Below are positions 30,187 to 32,996 of a stretch of 32,996 nucleotides of DNA, piece by piece. The stretch covers positions 1 through 32,996 of IMG/VR virus record IMGVR_UViG_2778261300_000002; one strand, 5' to 3'. Position 1 is the first letter of the stretch. Each line of letters starts with the position of its first letter. Both the position numbers and the translations under genes were made by a program. Origin of the DNA: a virus (lineage: Duplodnaviria; Heunggongvirae; Uroviricota; Caudoviricetes). The notes beneath the pieces are model-generated. The model had not been told where the DNA came from and searched no databases. It saw only the letters and a list, made by a program, of their open reading frames with translations.

Positions 30187-31012
30187 GCAACCACCTATCG
30201 CAAAAGCCGATCTGCAAAAAACTCAGGGAAACCGTGCACCAGCAGCAGTTAACGATAAGGATGTGCTGTGCGTGATTAACAGCCCGGCAATGAAAGCGCA
30301 ACTGGCAGCAGCTCTGCCACGTCACATGACAGCGGAACGCATGATCCGCATTGCTACAACAGAAATCCGTAAAGTACCGGAACTAAGAAACTGTGACTCG
30401 ACGAGTTTTATCGGTGCCATCGTACAGTGTTCACAGCTCGGACTTGAGCCAGGTAGCGCCCTCGGTCATGCATATCTGCTACCGTTCGGCAACGGAAAAG
30501 CAAAAAACGGTAAGAAGAACGTACAGCTGATCATCGGTTATCGCGGCATGATCGACCTTGCCCGTCGATCAGGTCAAATCATCAGTCTGTCAGCTCGTGT
30601 TGTCCGTGAATGTGATGAATTCAGCTATGAACTTGGCCTTGATGAAAAACTGGTTCATCGTCCCGGTGAAAACGAAGATGCCCCTATAACCCATGTCTAT
30701 GCTGTTGCAAAACTGAAAGACGGAGGAGTGCAGTTTGAAGTCATGACCCGCAAACAAGTAGAAAAAGTTCGCGACACACACAGCAAGGCGGCAAAAAACG
30801 CAGCGTCAAAAGGGGCGTCGTCCATCTGGGATGAACACTTTGAAGACATGGCCAAAAAGACAGTGATACGAAAACTGTTCAAGTATCTGCCGGTATCTAT
30901 TGAAATCCAGCGTGCAGTATCGATGGATGGAAAAGAGGTGGAAACAATTAATCCAGACGACATATCGGTTATAGCCGGGGAATACAGTGTAATCGATAAT
31001 CCAGAAGAATAA
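30179..31012 (+). CDS. recT: Recombinase RecT (single-strand annealing protein)
   Basis: Start at ATG 30179 ([25 protein letters not shown]...), overlapping the recE stop; ...[22 protein letters not shown]...[17 protein letters not shown]... matches Rac RecT. Confidence 0.9.
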   Translation: MTKQPPIAKADLQKTQGNRAPAAVNDKDVLCVINSPAMKAQLAAALPRHMTAERMIRIATTEIRKVPELRNCDSTSFIGAIVQCSQLGLEPGSALGHAYLLPFGNGKAKNGKKNVQLIIGYRGMIDLARRSGQIISLSARVVRECDEFSYELGLDEKLVHRPGENEDAPITHVYAVAKLKDGGVQFEVMTRKQVEKVRDTHSKAAKNAASKGASSIWDEHFEDMAKKTVIRKLFKYLPVSIEIQRAVSMDGKEVETINPDDISVIAGEYSVIDNPEE

Positions 31013-31056
31013 TCCAGCCTGGCGGTGTAATGCACCGCCAACGTGAGATAGTTTTT

Positions 31057-31200
31057 ATGACAAAAACTTTGAGATATGACGATGTTAAACCATGTCCGTT
31101 TTGTGGTTGTCCATCAGTAACGGTGAAAGACATTTCAGGATATTACCGGGTAAAATGCAACGGATGCGAATCCCGAACTGGCTATGGTGGAAGTGAATAA
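31057..31200 (+). pseudogene. ralR: Restriction-alleviation protein RalR/Lar, interrupted by a premature TAA
   Basis: MTKTLRYDDVKPCPFCGCPSVTVKDISGYYRVKCNGCESRTGYGGSE then TAA at 31198..31200; the same frame continues EALERWNKRTTENINGGVHV and ends in a stop overlapping the ydaC start, the expected full-length arrangement. Confidence 0.7.
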
Positions 31201-31255
31201 GAAGCGCTCGAAAGATGGAATAAACGAACCACTGAAAATATTAATGGAGGCGTTC

Positions 31256-31444
31256 ATGTATAAAATTACCGCTACAATTGAAAAGGAAGGTGGCACTCCT
31301 ACTAACTGGACAAGATATTCAAAATCTAAACTAACGAAATCAGAATGCGAAAAAATGCTCTCAGGTAAAAAAGAAGCAGGCGTTTCCAGAGAGCAGAAAG
31401 TAAAACTGATAAATTTTAATTGCGAGAAACTTCAGTCCTCGTGA
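31256..31444 (+). CDS. ydaC: YdaC-like small protein
   Basis: 62 aa from the ATG at 31256 (GGAGG Shine-Dalgarno): MYKITATIEKEGGTPTNWTRYSKSKLTKSECEKMLSGKKEAGVSREQKVKLINFNCEKLQSS. Confidence 0.65.
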   Translation: MYKITATIEKEGGTPTNWTRYSKSKLTKSECEKMLSGKKEAGVSREQKVKLINFNCEKLQSS

Positions 31445-31543
31445 ATTGCATTGTATTCAAATTAAAACTTCATAGCTGATTATTAATAATCAACATCAGG
31501 CGTCAATTTCAGTCTAACATTGGCGCCTGCCAGAGGTGATGCG

Positions 31544-31759
31544 ATGGCACAAGTAATCTTTAATGAAGAGTGGATGGTTGAATACGGCCTGATGCTTCGC
31601 ACTGGTCTGGGGGCCAGACAAATTGAAGCATACCGCCAGAACTGTTGGGTGGAGGGCTTCCACTTCAAACGAGTATCTCCTTTAGGTAAGCCAGACAGCA
31701 AACGAGGGATTATCTGGTACAACTATCCAAAGATAAATCAGTTTATCAAAGACTCATGA
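31544..31759 (+). CDS. xis: Excisionase (Rac XisR/YdaQ-like)
   Basis: 71 aa from the internal Met, [50 protein letters not shown]...; directly upstream of int. Confidence 0.75.
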   Translation: MAQVIFNEEWMVEYGLMLRTGLGARQIEAYRQNCWVEGFHFKRVSPLGKPDSKRGIIWYNYPKINQFIKDS

Positions 31760-31760
31760 T

Positions 31761-32996
31761 ATGTCTAAATTACCAACAGGTGTCGAGATTAGAGGTAGAA
31801 ACATTCGCATCTGGTTCATGTTTCGAGGAAAACGATGTCGGGAAACATTAAAAGGCTGGGAGATTACAAACAGTAATATTAAAAAGGCCGGAAATTTAAG
31901 AGCGCTGATAGTTCATGAAATAAACTCCGGTGAATTTGAGTATTTAAGACGTTTTCCCCAGTCCAGCACTGGGGCAAAAATGGTGACAACGAGAGTCATA
32001 AAAACGTTCGGGGAGCTTTGTGATATCTGGACAAAAATTAAAGAGACAGAGTTAACAACAAACACAATGAAGAAAACGAAATCACAATTAAAAACACTCA
32101 GAATAATAATTTGTGAAAGTACCCCGATATCATATATTCGTTATAGCGATATCTTAAACTACCGGAATGAACTGCTGCATGGAGAAACGCTTTACCTGGA
32201 TAATCCAAGATCCAACAAAAAAGGAAGAACCGTGCGCACAGTTGATAACTATATCGCCCTGCTCTGTTCGCTGTTACGTTTTGCGTATCAGTCGGGATTT
32301 ATATCAACCAAACCATTTGAAGGAGTAAAAAAATTACAGCGAAACAGAATAAAGCCTGACCCGTTATCTAAAACAGAATTCAATGCATTAATGGAAAGTG
32401 AAAAAGGACAGAGCCAAAACTTGTGGAAATTTGCCGTTTACTCCGGGCTTCGTCACGGGGAACTGGCAGCTCTGGCGTGGGAGGATGTGGATTTCGAGAA
32501 GGGAATTGTGAATGTCAGAAGAAACCTGACGATACTTGATATGTTCGGTCCCCCAAAAACAAATGCCGGGATCCGGACGGTAACATTACTACAGCCAGCT
32601 CTTGAAGCACTGAAGGAGCAATACAAACTGACCGGGCATCATCGCAAAAGCGAAATCACTTTTTATCATCGGGAGTACGGCAGAACCGAAAAGCAAAAAC
32701 TGCATTTTGTTTTCATGCCCAGGATGTGTAACGGAAAACAGAAACCTTATTACTCGGTAAGCAGTTTGGGTGCGAGATGGAATGCAGCAGTAAAACGTGC
32801 TGGTATTCGCCGCCGTAATCCGTACCATACGCGACATACTTTTGCCTGCTGGCTGTTGACGGCAGGAGCGAACCCGGCATTTATAGCCAGCCAGATGGGG
32901 CATGAAACTGCGCAGATGGTGTATGAAATTTACGGTATGTGGATTGATGACATGAACGACGAACAGGTAGCTATGTTGAATGCGCGGTTATCGTAG
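31761..32996 (+). CDS. int: Tyrosine integrase (Rac IntR-like, lambda integrase family)
   Basis: 411 aa; catalytic-domain motifs ...GLRHGELAALAWEDVDF... and ...RNPYHTRHTFACWLLTAGANPAFIASQMGHETAQMVYEIYGMW...; stop codon is the last 3 nt of the window, so the att site is outside it. Confidence 0.9.
   Translation: MSKLPTGVEIRGRNIRIWFMFRGKRCRETLKGWEITNSNIKKAGNLRALIVHEINSGEFEYLRRFPQSSTGAKMVTTRVIKTFGELCDIWTKIKETELTTNTMKKTKSQLKTLRIIICESTPISYIRYSDILNYRNELLHGETLYLDNPRSNKKGRTVRTVDNYIALLCSLLRFAYQSGFISTKPFEGVKKLQRNRIKPDPLSKTEFNALMESEKGQSQNLWKFAVYSGLRHGELAALAWEDVDFEKGIVNVRRNLTILDMFGPPKTNAGIRTVTLLQPALEALKEQYKLTGHHRKSEITFYHREYGRTEKQKLHFVFMPRMCNGKQKPYYSVSSLGARWNAAVKRAGIRRRNPYHTRHTFACWLLTAGANPAFIASQMGHETAQMVYEIYGMWIDDMNDEQVAMLNARLS

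Noticed and set aside
30590-31041. Minus-strand ORFs 30590..30781 and 30697..31041 within recT
   Set aside because: Antisense to RecT, which has clear homology.
31184-31444. 86-aa ORF-track entry starting MVEVNKKRSK
   Set aside because: Its upstream part is a wrong-frame read across the 3' end of ralR; the real gene is the 62-aa ydaC-like ORF starting at the RBS-preceded ATG at 31256.
32589-32903. 104-aa minus-strand ORF inside the integrase gene
   Set aside because: Antisense to the integrase catalytic domain.

Overview
This 33 kb window is a chimeric, defective lambdoid prophage of an E. coli-like enterobacterium, read from the tail end (low coordinates) to the integrase (high coordinates). 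All identifications are from reading the six-frame translations against remembered protein families; no database search was run. High-coordinate half (24.1-33.0 kb) is a Rac-type early module: int, xis, ydaC, ralR (interrupted by a premature stop), recT, recE, racC, ydaE, kilR, a CI-like repressor, Cro-like ydaS, ydaT, and O-like plus DnaC-like replication genes. Low-coordinate half is a lambda-type late region on the minus strand: Q-like antiterminator, an AppY/EnvY-like AraC regulator and a tRNA-Arg-like gene in the Q-to-lysis moron slot, a lysis cassette (holin, second membrane protein, GH108 endolysin, no spanins seen), bor, cos, Nu1, terminase A carrying an in-frame ~150 aa deletion, W, portal B, then C truncated and joined out of frame to the last ~300 codons of J (about 12-13 kb of head and tail genes missing), stf, and an AT-rich YadA-like trimeric autotransporter adhesin (Eib-like). 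Between the replication genes and Q, the nin region is replaced by an AT-rich accessory island: an AAA+ ATPase plus S8 subtilase pair matching the IetAS anti-phage architecture, a convergent uncharacterised small-protein/membrane-protein pair, and a Hok-family type I toxin homolog in what looks like intergenic DNA. The best candidates for an undescribed system are the 17483..18468 gene pair and the small genes in the repressor-proximal slot (25590..26263).
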